Below, piece by piece: positions 1 to 10,756 of a stretch of DNA of 64,000 nt. Below the pieces are notes generated by a model. The model had not been told where the DNA came from and searched no databases. It saw nothing but the letters and a program-made list of their open reading frames with translations. The DNA comes from Candidatus Saccharimonadota bacterium (GTDB lineage Bacteria > Patescibacteriota > Saccharimonadia > UBA4664). Each line of letters opens with the position of its first letter. Positions within the stretch are counted from its first letter, which is position 1. The position numbers and the translations under genes were made by a program. Location of the stretch: assembly GCA_019352195.1 (NCBI GenBank), contig JACAFG010000001.1, positions 130,485 through 194,484 on the forward strand. The letters are read 5' to 3'.

Positions 1-995
1 ATTATTTCTTCAAACTCTCGGCCTACACCTCGCAGGTAAAAGAGCTCATTGCCACGGATAAACTCAAAATTTATCCGCGTACCCGCAAGAACGAAATTAT
101 GGCACTGCTCGAGCAGGGTCTCGAAGATATCAGCATTAGCCGTGATAAAAAGCAGCTCACGTGGGGAGTACCAGTCCCCGGCGATGATAACCAGGTAATG
201 TATGTTTGGTTTGATGCTCTGGGCTTTTACATCTCGGCCCTTGGTTACCCCAATGGCGCCGACTTCGCCAAGTACTGGCCGGCCGATATCCAGATTGTCG
301 GCAAAGATATCTTGCGGCACCACGCGGCAATTTGGCCTGCCATGCTATTGTCGGCTGGCATCGAGCCGCAGCATGCTTTGTATGTTCACGGTTTTATATC
401 CAGCGGGGGACACAAGATGAGTAAAAGCCTTGGCAACGTGGTGGCTCCGGTACAGGTTATCGACCGTTACGGTGTTGATGCATTACGTTACTACTTGCTT
501 AAAGAGATTCCGAGCGAATCTGATGGCGATTTTACGTGGGAGCGCATGGAAACGGTCTACAATACCGAGCTTGCTAACGATTTGGGTAACCTGGTGCAGC
601 GCGTCGCAGTAATGATTACCAAGTATTTTGGTGGGCAGCTCGGCGAAATTCCTGCCCACTCACATGATGCTTCCGCGTTCGAATTTGCCATGAATAGCTA
701 CCGTTTCGACCGCGCTATTGACGAAATCTGGGAGCTTGTTCGCGGAGCTAATCAGTACATTGAGGCCGAGAAGCCTTGGGTGCTCGCCAAGACTGATACC
801 ACGCAGCTGGCCTACGTTTTGCGCCAGGCGGTTTCAGACCTTACTCAAATCGCGAGTTTACTGCTGCCGTTTTTGCCTGGCACCTCAGCCAAAATTTTGG
901 CCACGTTTAAAGACGGTAAAGTCGACCACTCAATTGGTCTCCTCTTTCCAAAAGCCGACACTATCGAAACGCAGGACATCGAGATTAAGGGCTAA
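1..995 (+). CDS. metG: Methionyl-tRNA synthetase, 5' truncated by the window edge
   Basis: DISISR..WGVPVP, YVWFDAL, GKDILRHH and KMSKS motifs; anticodon-binding helices. Confidence 0.95.
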   Translation, partial: YFFKLSAYTSQVKELIATDKLKIYPRTRKNEIMALLEQGLEDISISRDKKQLTWGVPVPGDDNQVMYVWFDALGFYISALGYPNGADFAKYWPADIQIVGKDILRHHAAIWPAMLLSAGIEPQHALYVHGFISSGGHKMSKSLGNVVAPVQVIDRYGVDALRYYLLKEIPSESDGDFTWERMETVYNTELANDLGNLVQRVAVMITKYFGGQLGEIPAHSHDASAFEFAMNSYRFDRAIDEIWELVRGANQYIEAEKPWVLAKTDTTQLAYVLRQAVSDLTQIASLLLPFLPGTSAKILATFKDGKVDHSIGLLFPKADTIETQDIEIKG

Positions 996-1013
996 CCCAG
1001 TGCCAGGCAAGAT

Positions 1014-1629
1014 ATGTTAATGCTTGATGCATTGCCAAAGACGTCCGATCGTCGCCGAAATTTCTGGCACGCTATTGTCAGGGCGGCCGTTGTTCTAGTT
1101 GCTTATACCGTTGGTATGGTCCTGCTCACGCTGGTGGCTCCGGCTCTCAATCAGCCAGTTAGCGAAGTCTCGACTTTCGTGTATGCCGGCTTGTTAGCCT
1201 ATGTTGGATTGGCCCTGTACCGGTTTATACAACCCTCCAACAAGGCCATGGCTGCAGTTTCCGCCGCCAATGGTTGGGCGTACAGTTCGGACCAGCCCTT
1301 TCATGATCCTCTGATGTTGCCCTCCGCCGTGGATCGGTCATTATATTCCCTATTTGTGCCCTACAAAATTGAAGGGCAAGCTCGGCGGACAGGGGTTTGC
1401 ACTTTATGAGGTGATGCAGCGCCCACGCTATGGGCAGAGTCTAGGCTTCTTTACTCAATCGGTACTCCGCTGCGACAGCGCTGTAGACGGTACAACCGAG
1501 CTGGCTGCCAGCTATCAGGTTACACAAGCAAATGACTACGCTTACTACATATATAATGGACATATCGATTCCCAGACGACTTTGATGGCACTCTTTGCAT
1601 CGGCTGGACTGAATAAAGAAAGAATCTAA
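1014..1629 (+). pseudogene. Membrane protein, apparently frameshifted near 1370 (ORFs 1014-1409 and 1354-1629)
   Basis: Two overlapping ORFs in different frames; 2 TM helices in the first; the second abuts tatD. Confidence 0.45.
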
Positions 1630-2390
1630 TGCTTATTGATACCCACTCCCACATCCACTTCGACCAATTTCGCGATGAGCTCCCTGAAGTCTTGGAGCGC
1701 GCTTACGCTGCTGGCGTCGAAAAACAAATTCTAGTTGGCGTAAACGATTTAGATTCCGCCGAAGCCATTGCGGTTGCCCGGGCGCATGACAATTTGTGGA
1801 GCACGGTGGGCTTACATCCCCACGACGCTGACCGAGGCTTCGAAGCCCTCGAAGAACTAGCTCGACTGGCGGAGTTTGAGAGTGTGGTTGGAATTGGTGA
1901 GTGCGGCCTCGATTACTTTAAATCCGAAACCACGCCCGAACAGCAAGAGCGTGCGCTGCGGTTTCAAATCGAGCTCGGCTTGAAACTTGATCTTCCAATG
2001 GTGTTCCACGTCCGTGATGCCTTTGGCGCTTTTTGGGCCATTTTTGACGACTATAAAGGCGAAAATGTTCGCGGGACCGTGCATAGTTTCACAGCTGGAG
2101 TCACGGAGCTAGAGGCAGCTTTAGCGCGAGACTTACACATTTCACTCAACGGCATCATGACGTTCACCAAAGAAGCCCGTCAGCTGGAAGCGGCCAAACA
2201 AGTATCATTAGACCGACTGATAATTGAAACTGATTCGCCGTTTTTGGCACCCGTTCCATTGCGAGGTCGACCCAACGAGCCTTCCAACTTGGCGCACACA
2301 GCGAAGTTTTTAGCCGAGTTGCGCGGCGAAGCGATCGAAGATTTTGACGCTGCCACCACCGCCAACGCCGAACGGTTGTTCGGAATATAA
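1629..2390 (+). CDS. tatD: TatD family nuclease
   Basis: IDTHSH, GLHPH, GECGLDY and ETDSPFL motifs. Confidence 0.95.
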   Translation: MLIDTHSHIHFDQFRDELPEVLERAYAAGVEKQILVGVNDLDSAEAIAVARAHDNLWSTVGLHPHDADRGFEALEELARLAEFESVVGIGECGLDYFKSETTPEQQERALRFQIELGLKLDLPMVFHVRDAFGAFWAIFDDYKGENVRGTVHSFTAGVTELEAALARDLHISLNGIMTFTKEARQLEAAKQVSLDRLIIETDSPFLAPVPLRGRPNEPSNLAHTAKFLAELRGEAIEDFDAATTANAERLFGI

Positions 2391-2392
2391 CC

Positions 2393-2953
2393 ATGACGCT
2401 CATCCTGGACAATGGCACAAGGCACCTTGAGGAACTTATAGAACTCGTTGGCGATTGTCGCGTCATCGCTTTAGCTGATTGGTCCGATGTAGACATCGAA
2501 CCCGGTGAGCTCCTCGTTTTGTCTGGTGGCCATTCCGCCTCGGTCGTAAGTCACCACGAGCACTACCAACGTGAACTAAGCCTAATTAGCTCTCACAATG
2601 GCCCCATATTAGGGATTTGCCTCGGTTTCGAATTAATCGCTACAGCCTTCGGCTCCAAGTTACGCAAGATTGAAAGCCGGCATGGTTTGGTTGAACTCTC
2701 CGCCGTCAACGCATCAGCAGTGCTAGAAGGTCTGGCTTCATCACAAGTGTATGAGGCTCATCGGTGGAGCTTTGAAGCTGTTGGCGCGTCATTGATGGCA
2801 CTTGCGCAAAGCCCTGATGGGATCGAAATGGTACGTCACATCTCAAAACCAATCGTCGGCGTTCAATTCCATCCTGAGGTCTATGAAAATGACAACGCTG
2901 GCAAAGTCTTATACCGGCGATTACTAACACTAATAGGCCCTCCACAAGGCTAA
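2393..2953 (+). CDS. Class I glutamine amidotransferase-like protein
   Basis: LGICLG nucleophile and QFHPE His-Glu of the catalytic triad. Confidence 0.85.
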   Translation: MTLILDNGTRHLEELIELVGDCRVIALADWSDVDIEPGELLVLSGGHSASVVSHHEHYQRELSLISSHNGPILGICLGFELIATAFGSKLRKIESRHGLVELSAVNASAVLEGLASSQVYEAHRWSFEAVGASLMALAQSPDGIEMVRHISKPIVGVQFHPEVYENDNAGKVLYRRLLTLIGPPQG

Positions 2954-3088
2954 TCTCCTAGTAGAGCCCCGATTTGTCTCAAAGCGTGTATATTGAGAAG
3001 TAATCATGAAAGCTAAACTCACCCAATCAGCCAAGTCTTTGCAAAGCCGGATGCGTTGCACGGCTGACGCCGTACGGCGGCTTGGGGT

Positions 3089-3907
3089 ATGACCGAACGC
3101 GAAGGCGCTGAGCCAACTCCACCTAGCCATGACGTGCGCGCCGCCGAAGCGGCCCTTGGCTTTGCGATTGCTCCGCCTGTAATGCCGCACCGCATTGAGG
3201 CTGAGGAGAGCAAGTTAATGATGCCTCAAATTGAGAGCGCTTTTCGTCTGGCCGACGGAGATTTTGATGCGGCTACCCAAATAGAAATAGCGGGAGACAC
3301 TGCAACCAATCGGTCGCATGAATTGTTGGGCAGCCTTTGGGTTCGCGAACACGAACTCATCACCCGCCTGCTGGGCCAGGAAGCTACCGAGGCGGGTGAG
3401 ATGTCTACGCTCGCCTTCGGTGGCCTGTCGTCCGATGAGCGCCGCAAGTATCTCGCAGGCGACACTGGTGCCAGCACGAGTTACGACAAAGTAAAATCCG
3501 AGCTGGAACACTTGATAGCCGAGGGCTTAACTGACCAACCGGTCAGTTTTGTCTCGCCGAACAAAGTAACCTATTTAGGGCGGCGGATTTCTGCTACCGG
3601 CGCAGACGTCATTGAGGCGATAATTTACCAATTTGCCGCGGGTGACGTGACTCAAGTTCGCGAAACCATAGTTTTTGGCCCTGACGAAGCCGACGATAGC
3701 GACGTTCTAACCCCCGAGGCTACGCCTGAGCCGCTTAATGTCGTTCAAAAAAACGCCCTCATTCAGGCGTTAGCTGAAGCAAATCGCCGCCTAGCAGTGC
3801 TGGCCTCCCTCGACAACCAAACCCTGGCCGCCGCGGTTGCAACGCACCGCATTGATGCGGCTGTATTCGAGGATAATCTGGGCGGTTCAAACGACTGGAT
3901 TCACTAA
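3089..3907 (+). CDS. Hypothetical acidic protein
   Basis: 272-aa ORF in the sense of neighbouring genes; no motif recognised. Confidence 0.6.
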   Translation: MTEREGAEPTPPSHDVRAAEAALGFAIAPPVMPHRIEAEESKLMMPQIESAFRLADGDFDAATQIEIAGDTATNRSHELLGSLWVREHELITRLLGQEATEAGEMSTLAFGGLSSDERRKYLAGDTGASTSYDKVKSELEHLIAEGLTDQPVSFVSPNKVTYLGRRISATGADVIEAIIYQFAAGDVTQVRETIVFGPDEADDSDVLTPEATPEPLNVVQKNALIQALAEANRRLAVLASLDNQTLAAAVATHRIDAAVFEDNLGGSNDWIH

Positions 3908-3938
3908 TGCTGCGCGTCTGTTAGCATAGACATAAACC

Positions 3939-5129
3939 ATGACACCAAACCCACAAACTTACCTCGATTACGCTGCCGCTACGCCGCTCGACCCCACGGT
4001 CTATGCGGCCATGCGGCCCTATCTTGAAACGGCCTATGCTAACCCATCAAGTGTATACACCGTAGCCCGAACGACCCGCGCCGCCATCGAGAGCTCGCGG
4101 GCAACGGTTGCGGACCTCATTGGCTGCAAACCAACTGAAATAGTTTTTACTTCAGGTGGCAGCGAAGGTGATAATTTGGCGATTGCGGGTGTGCTACGCG
4201 CTCACCCCAAGAGCCACTGGGTAACCACCAATATTGAGCACGACGCCGTTTTGGAACAAATTAAACCGCTCGAACGCGAAGGTCACGCGTGTACTGTGGT
4301 GCCCGTTACTTCGGCGGGAGTGGTTGAAGTTGGTGCGATCGAAGTTGCCATTACCGACCACACGGTGCTTGTAAGCGTAATGCTCGCCAACAACGAGATT
4401 GGTACCGTTCAGCCAGTAGGTGAGATTTCGCGTGCCGTTCGCCAAATTCGCCTAGACCGCACCCGTCGCGGCATCGCTACGCCACTGTTTTTGCATACCG
4501 ATGCAGTGCAGGCAGCCAATTATCTTAGTCTGCACGTCGACCGCCTGGGCATCGACCTCATGTCGCTGGCCGGGTCCAAAATTTATGGGCCCAAAGGGTC
4601 GGGAGCGCTGTACGTTCGCACTGGCACCGTTATGGACCCTATTATTTATGGCGGGGGACAAGAACGCGGTCGGCGTAGCGGTACCGAAAACGTGGCCGCG
4701 ATTGTCGGGTTTGCCTCGGCGCTGGCACTCGTGCAATCCGACCGCACGTCAGAGGGTCGTTGGCTGACCGAGCTACGTGACGACTTGTTTAAGCAGTTAA
4801 AAATAGCTATACCAAGCCTTATTCTTAACGGTGATCCCGTACGGCGCCTACCTAATAATCTTAATTTTACTGTGCCCGGTGCCGAAGGTGAAGGCTTGGT
4901 ACTCTATTTGGACCAAGCTGGCATTTTGGCGTCCACTGGCTCGGCGTGTTCAAGCGGCGATCTCGATCCGTCGCATGTACTATTAGCACTGGGGCGCACA
5001 CGTGAGCAGGCCAGTCAAAGTCTGCGCCTTACCTTTGGCCGCGGCACCGACGCCGCGTCCACTGCCCGGGTCGCTGCAGAATTACCAAAAATTGTCGCAA
5101 GACTCCGCGAGCTGGGCAGAGTACAATAA
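3939..5129 (+). CDS. iscS: Cysteine desulfurase (IscS/NifS type)
   Basis: YLDYAAATP, HTDAVQ, SKIYGPKG and GSACSSG motifs; near mnmA. Confidence 0.92.
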   Translation: MTPNPQTYLDYAAATPLDPTVYAAMRPYLETAYANPSSVYTVARTTRAAIESSRATVADLIGCKPTEIVFTSGGSEGDNLAIAGVLRAHPKSHWVTTNIEHDAVLEQIKPLEREGHACTVVPVTSAGVVEVGAIEVAITDHTVLVSVMLANNEIGTVQPVGEISRAVRQIRLDRTRRGIATPLFLHTDAVQAANYLSLHVDRLGIDLMSLAGSKIYGPKGSGALYVRTGTVMDPIIYGGGQERGRRSGTENVAAIVGFASALALVQSDRTSEGRWLTELRDDLFKQLKIAIPSLILNGDPVRRLPNNLNFTVPGAEGEGLVLYLDQAGILASTGSACSSGDLDPSHVLLALGRTREQASQSLRLTFGRGTDAASTARVAAELPKIVARLRELGRVQ

Positions 5130-5133
5130 AAGC

Positions 5134-5721
5134 ATGAAGCGGTTTGTAGTGATCGTTGGTATAGCGCTCGCGGTGCTCGTGCTTGTAGCCGTGGCCGCTT
5201 TTTTTGGTCTTGGATTTTACCTATCGCCTCAAAGTAAGGTTGCCAAAGCCGATGCCATTGTTGCCATTTCAGGCGGCGATACCGATGCCCGAACAGCCGA
5301 AGCCGTGGCGTTGTATCGCAGTGGTTATGCGCCAAAAATCATTTTTTCGGGGGCCGCGCTCGATCCCAACGCGCCGTCCAATGCCAAAGTTATGGCCACC
5401 GCCGCCGAGGCGCAAGGAGTTCCATCTTCCGCTATTTCGCTCGACGAAACGGCGACTAATACGCGCGAAAACGCCGCCAATACCGCCTCAGTCATTGCTG
5501 CCCAACAAGACAAGTCAATTATATTGGTAACTTCACCGTATCATCAGCGCCGCGCCTACATTGTGTTTCGGCGGCAGCTCGGTAAGAATTTCATCATCGA
5601 AAACCACTCGTCCGTCGACCAAGGCTGGCGCAGGTCCGACTGGTGGGCAACGGCCGAAAGCCGCAGTTTAACGCTCTCCGAGTTGCAAAAAGTAATTTAC
5701 GAACTGGCGAGCAATAATTAG
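5134..5721 (+). CDS. YdcF/ElyC (DUF218) family protein
   Basis: N-terminal TM, ADAIVAISGG, NTRENA, LVTSPYHQRRA. Confidence 0.88.
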   Translation: MKRFVVIVGIALAVLVLVAVAAFFGLGFYLSPQSKVAKADAIVAISGGDTDARTAEAVALYRSGYAPKIIFSGAALDPNAPSNAKVMATAAEAQGVPSSAISLDETATNTRENAANTASVIAAQQDKSIILVTSPYHQRRAYIVFRRQLGKNFIIENHSSVDQGWRRSDWWATAESRSLTLSELQKVIYELASNN

Positions 5722-6687
5722 ATGTTTGTAGCCGATGCCCTCATCATCCTGATAGTTATTTATGCTGCCTATGTCGGGACGCGTCGTGGTTTTGTGCTGG
5801 TAGCAGCGGAACTGGTCGGTTTTGCCGTCTCGGCTACTATTGCCAGCGTGCTCTATCAGGATATTGGCCGCTGGCTCGTAAGCTGGGCCGGTATTAGTTT
5901 GCCACTGGCAAATATTGCTGCCTTCATGGCGATTTGGATGCTTATTGAAGTTGGCTTCGCCTTGCTGGTGCGTTACACCGTCATTCCACGCTTGTCACAC
6001 AAAGTTCAGTTTTCGACGACCAATCGAATAGGTGGGGCGATTGGCAGTATGGTGAGGGCACTCATTTTGATAGCGCTGGGTCTCATTATCATCAGTGGCT
6101 TACCGTTTTCGGCTGAGACCAAACAACCGATTACTAATGCATATTTATCTCGCTATATTTTGGGCGCCACGGCTAGTTGGCAGCGCTTGCTTGGTCAGAC
6201 ACTGGGGCGAGATCTAAACTCAAGTTTGACTGTCTTCACGGTCAAAGCCGACCCTGAAAGTACTGAGCGTATTCAGCTCGGTTTCACTACCACAGCGGTC
6301 AAGATTGACGCTGGCGACGAACAGGCTGACCTCATACTTATAAATCATGAACGAACATCTCGCGGACTCAAGCCGCTCGTAATGAACCCGGCTGCTCAAG
6401 CGGTTGCCCGCAGCTATGGCGAGCGCATGTTTGCTGATGGCGTCTTCTCCCATGTCGACAACGACGGGCACACGCCGTTTGACCGAATGAAGGCCGGCAA
6501 TGTTAGTTTTGGCGCCGCGGGTGAAAACCTGGCCTTAGCTGCCACGTTAGATCTGGCGCATCAAGGCCTCATGAACTCACCCGGGCACAAGGCAAATATT
6601 CTCAGCACGAGTTATAACAAGGTCGGCATTGGGGTGATTGACGGCGGACAATACGGACTTATGGTGGTTCAGGACTTCACGGACTAG
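5722..6687 (+). CDS. CvpA membrane domain fused to a CAP/SCP domain
   Basis: G.RRGF CvpA N-terminus with 4 TMs; GENLA and MNSPGHKANIL CAP motifs. Confidence 0.85.
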   Translation: MFVADALIILIVIYAAYVGTRRGFVLVAAELVGFAVSATIASVLYQDIGRWLVSWAGISLPLANIAAFMAIWMLIEVGFALLVRYTVIPRLSHKVQFSTTNRIGGAIGSMVRALILIALGLIIISGLPFSAETKQPITNAYLSRYILGATASWQRLLGQTLGRDLNSSLTVFTVKADPESTERIQLGFTTTAVKIDAGDEQADLILINHERTSRGLKPLVMNPAAQAVARSYGERMFADGVFSHVDNDGHTPFDRMKAGNVSFGAAGENLALAATLDLAHQGLMNSPGHKANILSTSYNKVGIGVIDGGQYGLMVVQDFTD

Positions 6688-6714
6688 CGTAAAGATTGTA
6701 TAATAGTCTGCGTT

Positions 6715-7755
6715 ATGCCAACCGTCTATGTCGGATTAAGCGGGGGAGTCGATTCCTCGGTGAGTGCCGCCTTGCTAAAACAGCAGGGCTATAACGTCGT
6801 GGGCGTCTACATGAAAAACTGGACCGCCGACGTTGCCGGCGTGGCCTGTCCGTGGAAAATTGATTTGGCGGATGCTCGCGCCGCTGCGGCCGTGCTCGAC
6901 ATTTCGTTTAAGGTTTTCGATTTTCAAGATCAATACCGGGAGAAAGTTGTCGAAGCGATGGTGGCCGAATACGCTGCCGGCCGTACGCCAAATCCCGACG
7001 TGCTATGTAATCAAGAAATTAAATTCAAATTATTCCTCGAACTTGCCCTGGCCGACGGCGCCGACTACATTGCAACCGGTCATTACGCCAAAACCGATGG
7101 CAATGGCCGGCTCCTTCGCGCTTATGACGACGCCAAAGACCAAACCTACTTTTTGTACCGCGTTACTGGCGAAGCCCTCAAGCGTACGATCTTTCCTGTG
7201 GGAGAAATCGAAAAACCCGAAGTGCGGCGGCTGGCTGCCACATTTAACCTTCCCGCGGCCACAAAGCCGGATTCCCAAGGCATTTGTTTTGTGGGTGAAG
7301 TTGGGATTCGGCCATTCTTGGAGCAGTACATTCCTCCCGTCAGCGGCCATATTATAGATAAAGCCGGCCACGTAGTAGGCACTCACTCCGGTGCGGCTTA
7401 TTACACGATTGGCCAGCGCCAAGGTTTGGGTGTGGGCGGCGACGGACCCTATTACGTTACGGCTCGCGATGTAGCCACCAATACCGTAACTATTACCGAC
7501 AATCCGGACGATCTGCAGCTATCAGGCGACGAGTTCAAACTCGATGATCCACACTGGATTAATGACACACCGCCCCCCGGCGATTACTTGGTGCGCCTTC
7601 GTCATCGAGGCGAGTTGGTACCTATGTCTCTCGAGGACAATCACAACACGTGGTCTGTGCGCTTGCACACGTCTCAGCGCGCCATTGCAGCCGGACAATC
7701 AGCCGTTATTTATGACGGCGAGACAGTGCTAGGTGGGGGCTTTATCGCCTTTTAG
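6715..7755 (+). CDS. mnmA: tRNA 2-thiouridylase
   Basis: SGGVDS, TPNPDVLCN, ATGHYA, KDQTYFL and DSQGICF motifs. Confidence 0.97.
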   Translation: MPTVYVGLSGGVDSSVSAALLKQQGYNVVGVYMKNWTADVAGVACPWKIDLADARAAAAVLDISFKVFDFQDQYREKVVEAMVAEYAAGRTPNPDVLCNQEIKFKLFLELALADGADYIATGHYAKTDGNGRLLRAYDDAKDQTYFLYRVTGEALKRTIFPVGEIEKPEVRRLAATFNLPAATKPDSQGICFVGEVGIRPFLEQYIPPVSGHIIDKAGHVVGTHSGAAYYTIGQRQGLGVGGDGPYYVTARDVATNTVTITDNPDDLQLSGDEFKLDDPHWINDTPPPGDYLVRLRHRGELVPMSLEDNHNTWSVRLHTSQRAIAAGQSAVIYDGETVLGGGFIAF

Positions 7756-7781
7756 CCTCAAAATTGCTACAATATAACACT

Positions 7782-9686
7782 ATGACAACCCCCGAAATTC
7801 GCGCCGCCTACCTCAAGTTTTTTGCCGACCGTGGCCATGCGGTAATTCCGCGCGCTCTTTTGGTACCCTATAACGATGCCACAACGCTGTTTACCGGCTC
7901 GGGCATGCAGCCACTGCTGCCGTATTTGTTGGGACAGGAGCACTCGGCCGGCACACGCTTAGTCGACTCCCAAGCCTGCTTCCGGGCCGAAGACATCGAC
8001 GAAGTTGGTGACAATCGTCACACGACCTTTTTTGAAATGCTCGGCAACTGGAGCTTGGGCGAATACTTTAAGGCCGAGCAATTGCCATGGTTTTTTGAAT
8101 TTCTCACCTCCGTCGTTGGTCTCGAACCCGCCAAGCTGTATGTCACCGCCTTCATGGGCGACCCTAAAAACAACATTGCGCGCGATGAAGAAGCCGCTGA
8201 AATTTGGACAAAACTATTTGATGCCAAAGGCATAAAAGCCGAAATCGGCGTTATTGGCGCTGAAGAACACGGCTACAAGCGCGGCATGAAGGCCGGCGAG
8301 CGCATTTTTTATTACGACGCCAAGAAAAACTGGTGGAGCCGAGCCGGCATTCCCGAAAATATGCCGGCCGGCGAGCCGGGCGGCCCAGATTCGGAAGTGT
8401 TCTACCGTTTTGATGACTCCGAGCACACCGATGACGAGAAGAAGCAATGGGGTGAATTGTGTCATCCCAACTGTGACTGCGGCCGCTTCATGGAAATTGG
8501 CAACTCGGTGTTCATGCAATACATCAAGCGTGACGATGGCGGCTTCGATGAATTGCCACAACGTAACGTGGACTTTGGCGGTGGCCTGGAGCGGATTGCT
8601 GCCGCTGCCAACGGCGACGGCGACGTCTTCCGGATTAGCTTGCTGTGGCCCATTATCGAGCAGCTCGAAGATTTATCCGGAACAGCGTACAACCAAAATT
8701 CGGCCGCTATGCGCATTATTGCTGATCATTTGCGGGCTGCCGTGTTTTTGGCGACCGATGGTGTGGCGCCCAGTAACACTCAGCAAGGCTATGTGCTGCG
8801 CCGCCTCGTTCGCCGCGCCATTCGCCAAGCTTTGAGCTTGGACCTTAAAGAAGATTTTCTCGAAACAATTATTCCTACCATCACCGAACTATACCGCGAC
8901 GACTTCCCCGAAGTAGCAAGTCGTGAGCAAATTGTCATTGAAGTGTTGGTAGCCGAGGAGCGCAAATTCCGCCGCACGCTAGAAAAAGGCATTAAAGAAT
9001 TCGACAAAGTGGTTGGGGCCAAGTTGACCGGTGAAGCGGTCTTTAAGTTGTCTGATACCTATGGTTTTCCGGCCGAGCTGACCGTAGAAGAGGCCAAGGA
9101 TCGCGACATCAAACTTGACGATAACTGGAAAGCCGATTTGGACAAGCTCATGACTGCCCAAAAAGAGCGGTCCCGCTCTGCCACGGCCGGCCAGTTTAAA
9201 GGTGGGTTAGTCGACCACTCCGAAATGTCGACGATGTACCATACGGCCACGCACTTAATGTACCAAGCGTTGCGCGATGTCTTGGGCCAACACGTGGTGC
9301 AACGGGGAAGTAACATCACCCCAGAGCGACTACGTTTCGATTTTTCTCACGACGCTAAAGTGACGCCGGAACAAATCGCCGAAGTGGAGCGCATCGTTAA
9401 CGAGCAGATCAACAATGATCTCGTGGTGAGCTTTAAAGAGTATCCCACCAAAGTCGCTATCGGCGAGATGGGCGCCATCGGCCAATTTGGCGATCGCTAC
9501 GACGAAACCGTGAAGGTGTACCGCATGCAGGGTAAAGACGCCGCCCAACCGTTTAGTTTTGAGATCTGTGGCGGTCCGCACGTCGATCACGCGAGTAAGT
9601 TAGCCGAAGGCGGCAAAACTTTCAAAATCATCAAAGAAGAATCCAGCTCGTCTGGTGTCCGGCGCATTAAGGCCATCCTGCAATAA
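7782..9686 (+). CDS. alaS: Alanyl-tRNA synthetase (short form without C-Ala domain)
   Basis: HTTFFEMLGN, GLERI, HTATH and CGGPH editing motifs; ends GVRRIKA. Confidence 0.96.
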   Translation: MTTPEIRAAYLKFFADRGHAVIPRALLVPYNDATTLFTGSGMQPLLPYLLGQEHSAGTRLVDSQACFRAEDIDEVGDNRHTTFFEMLGNWSLGEYFKAEQLPWFFEFLTSVVGLEPAKLYVTAFMGDPKNNIARDEEAAEIWTKLFDAKGIKAEIGVIGAEEHGYKRGMKAGERIFYYDAKKNWWSRAGIPENMPAGEPGGPDSEVFYRFDDSEHTDDEKKQWGELCHPNCDCGRFMEIGNSVFMQYIKRDDGGFDELPQRNVDFGGGLERIAAAANGDGDVFRISLLWPIIEQLEDLSGTAYNQNSAAMRIIADHLRAAVFLATDGVAPSNTQQGYVLRRLVRRAIRQALSLDLKEDFLETIIPTITELYRDDFPEVASREQIVIEVLVAEERKFRRTLEKGIKEFDKVVGAKLTGEAVFKLSDTYGFPAELTVEEAKDRDIKLDDNWKADLDKLMTAQKERSRSATAGQFKGGLVDHSEMSTMYHTATHLMYQALRDVLGQHVVQRGSNITPERLRFDFSHDAKVTPEQIAEVERIVNEQINNDLVVSFKEYPTKVAIGEMGAIGQFGDRYDETVKVYRMQGKDAAQPFSFEICGGPHVDHASKLAEGGKTFKIIKEESSSSGVRRIKAILQ

Positions 9687-9724
9687 AACAACACGCCAAG
9701 GAGCGGCCAGATAAAACAAAAACC

Positions 9725-9754
9725 AGCCCGCGGAACAACATCGTTCCGCGGGCT
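9725..9754. terminator. Hairpin between convergent alaS and pyrH
   Basis: agcccgcggaac / gttccgcgggct 12-bp stem. Confidence 0.7.
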
Positions 9755-9810
9755 TTCGGGTTTGCCGGTTCCTCGGTAGGATCCCGGTGATTCGTTCGGT
9801 CGAACGTTGT

Positions 9811-10602
9811 CTACTGCGTTGGTGTCCACACCAACGTGCCAATAGTTTCGCCTCTCACGGCCCGTCCGATATTGCCTGCGGTGAGCAAGTTGAACACTAT
9901 GATGGGCATGGCATAGTCCATGCACAGACTGAAGGCGGTGGCGTCGGCCACCTGCAAGCCGCGTTCGAGCACTTCGCGATGGGTAATCTCGGCGAACATG
10001 ACGGCGTCGGGGCACTTCCGAGGATCGGCATCAAATACCCCATCGACTGCCTTGGCCATCAAAACAACTTCGGCGCTGATCTCCAACGCGCGCTGGGCAG
10101 CAGTGGTGTCGGTGGAAAAGTAGGGCATTCCGACGCCAGCACCAAAGATGACGACACGACCTTTTTCCAAGTGTCGCTCGGCGCGGCGGGGGATATAGCT
10201 TTCTGCCACTTGGCCCATGGTGATAGCGGTCTGTACCCGGGTTTCCAGATGTTGTTCTCGCTCCAAGAAGTCTTGAAGTGCCAAGCAATTCATAACGGTT
10301 CCAAGCATGCCCATGTAATCGGCGCGCCCTCGCTCCATGCCCAGCTGGGTGAGCTCGGCACCACGGAAGAAATTGCCTCCCCCAATGACGACTGCCACCT
10401 GAACGCCATCGTGAACGATGTCGGCGATCTGCGCCGCAACTGCCGAAAGAATCTTCGGCGCAATCCCTAGCTCGCCATCGCCAAACATTTCGCCGCCGAG
10501 TTTGAGCATAACCCGCTTAAAACGTCGTCGCGGACCTGAGTCGGCGGCCAATGCCCGCTCCATTTCTGCGGGGTCAAAACCGGTTCTCGTTTGCGATATC
10601 AT
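9811..10602 (-). CDS. pyrH: UMP kinase
   Basis: [22 protein letters not shown] and FSTDT motifs. Confidence 0.96.
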   Translation of the reverse strand: MISQTRTGFDPAEMERALAADSGPRRRFKRVMLKLGGEMFGDGELGIAPKILSAVAAQIADIVHDGVQVAVVIGGGNFFRGAELTQLGMERGRADYMGMLGTVMNCLALQDFLEREQHLETRVQTAITMGQVAESYIPRRAERHLEKGRVVIFGAGVGMPYFSTDTTAAQRALEISAEVVLMAKAVDGVFDADPRKCPDAVMFAEITHREVLERGLQVADATAFSLCMDYAMPIIVFNLLTAGNIGRAVRGETIGTLVWTPTQ

Positions 10603-10756
10603 CGCGTACCCTTTTCTCTAGGCGTGGGAAAAACCTCCATGTGGTTATATCAGGTTTATCCATTAACTGCAACACCTGATGGGGTACGCAACAGATAGCG
10701 TCACCTTGCTATATCGGTTATACTTGTAATCGACAAATGACGGAAAGGCTGCTCGC

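Noticed and set aside
9787-10470. 227-aa plus-strand ORF
   Set aside because: Antisense shadow of pyrH.
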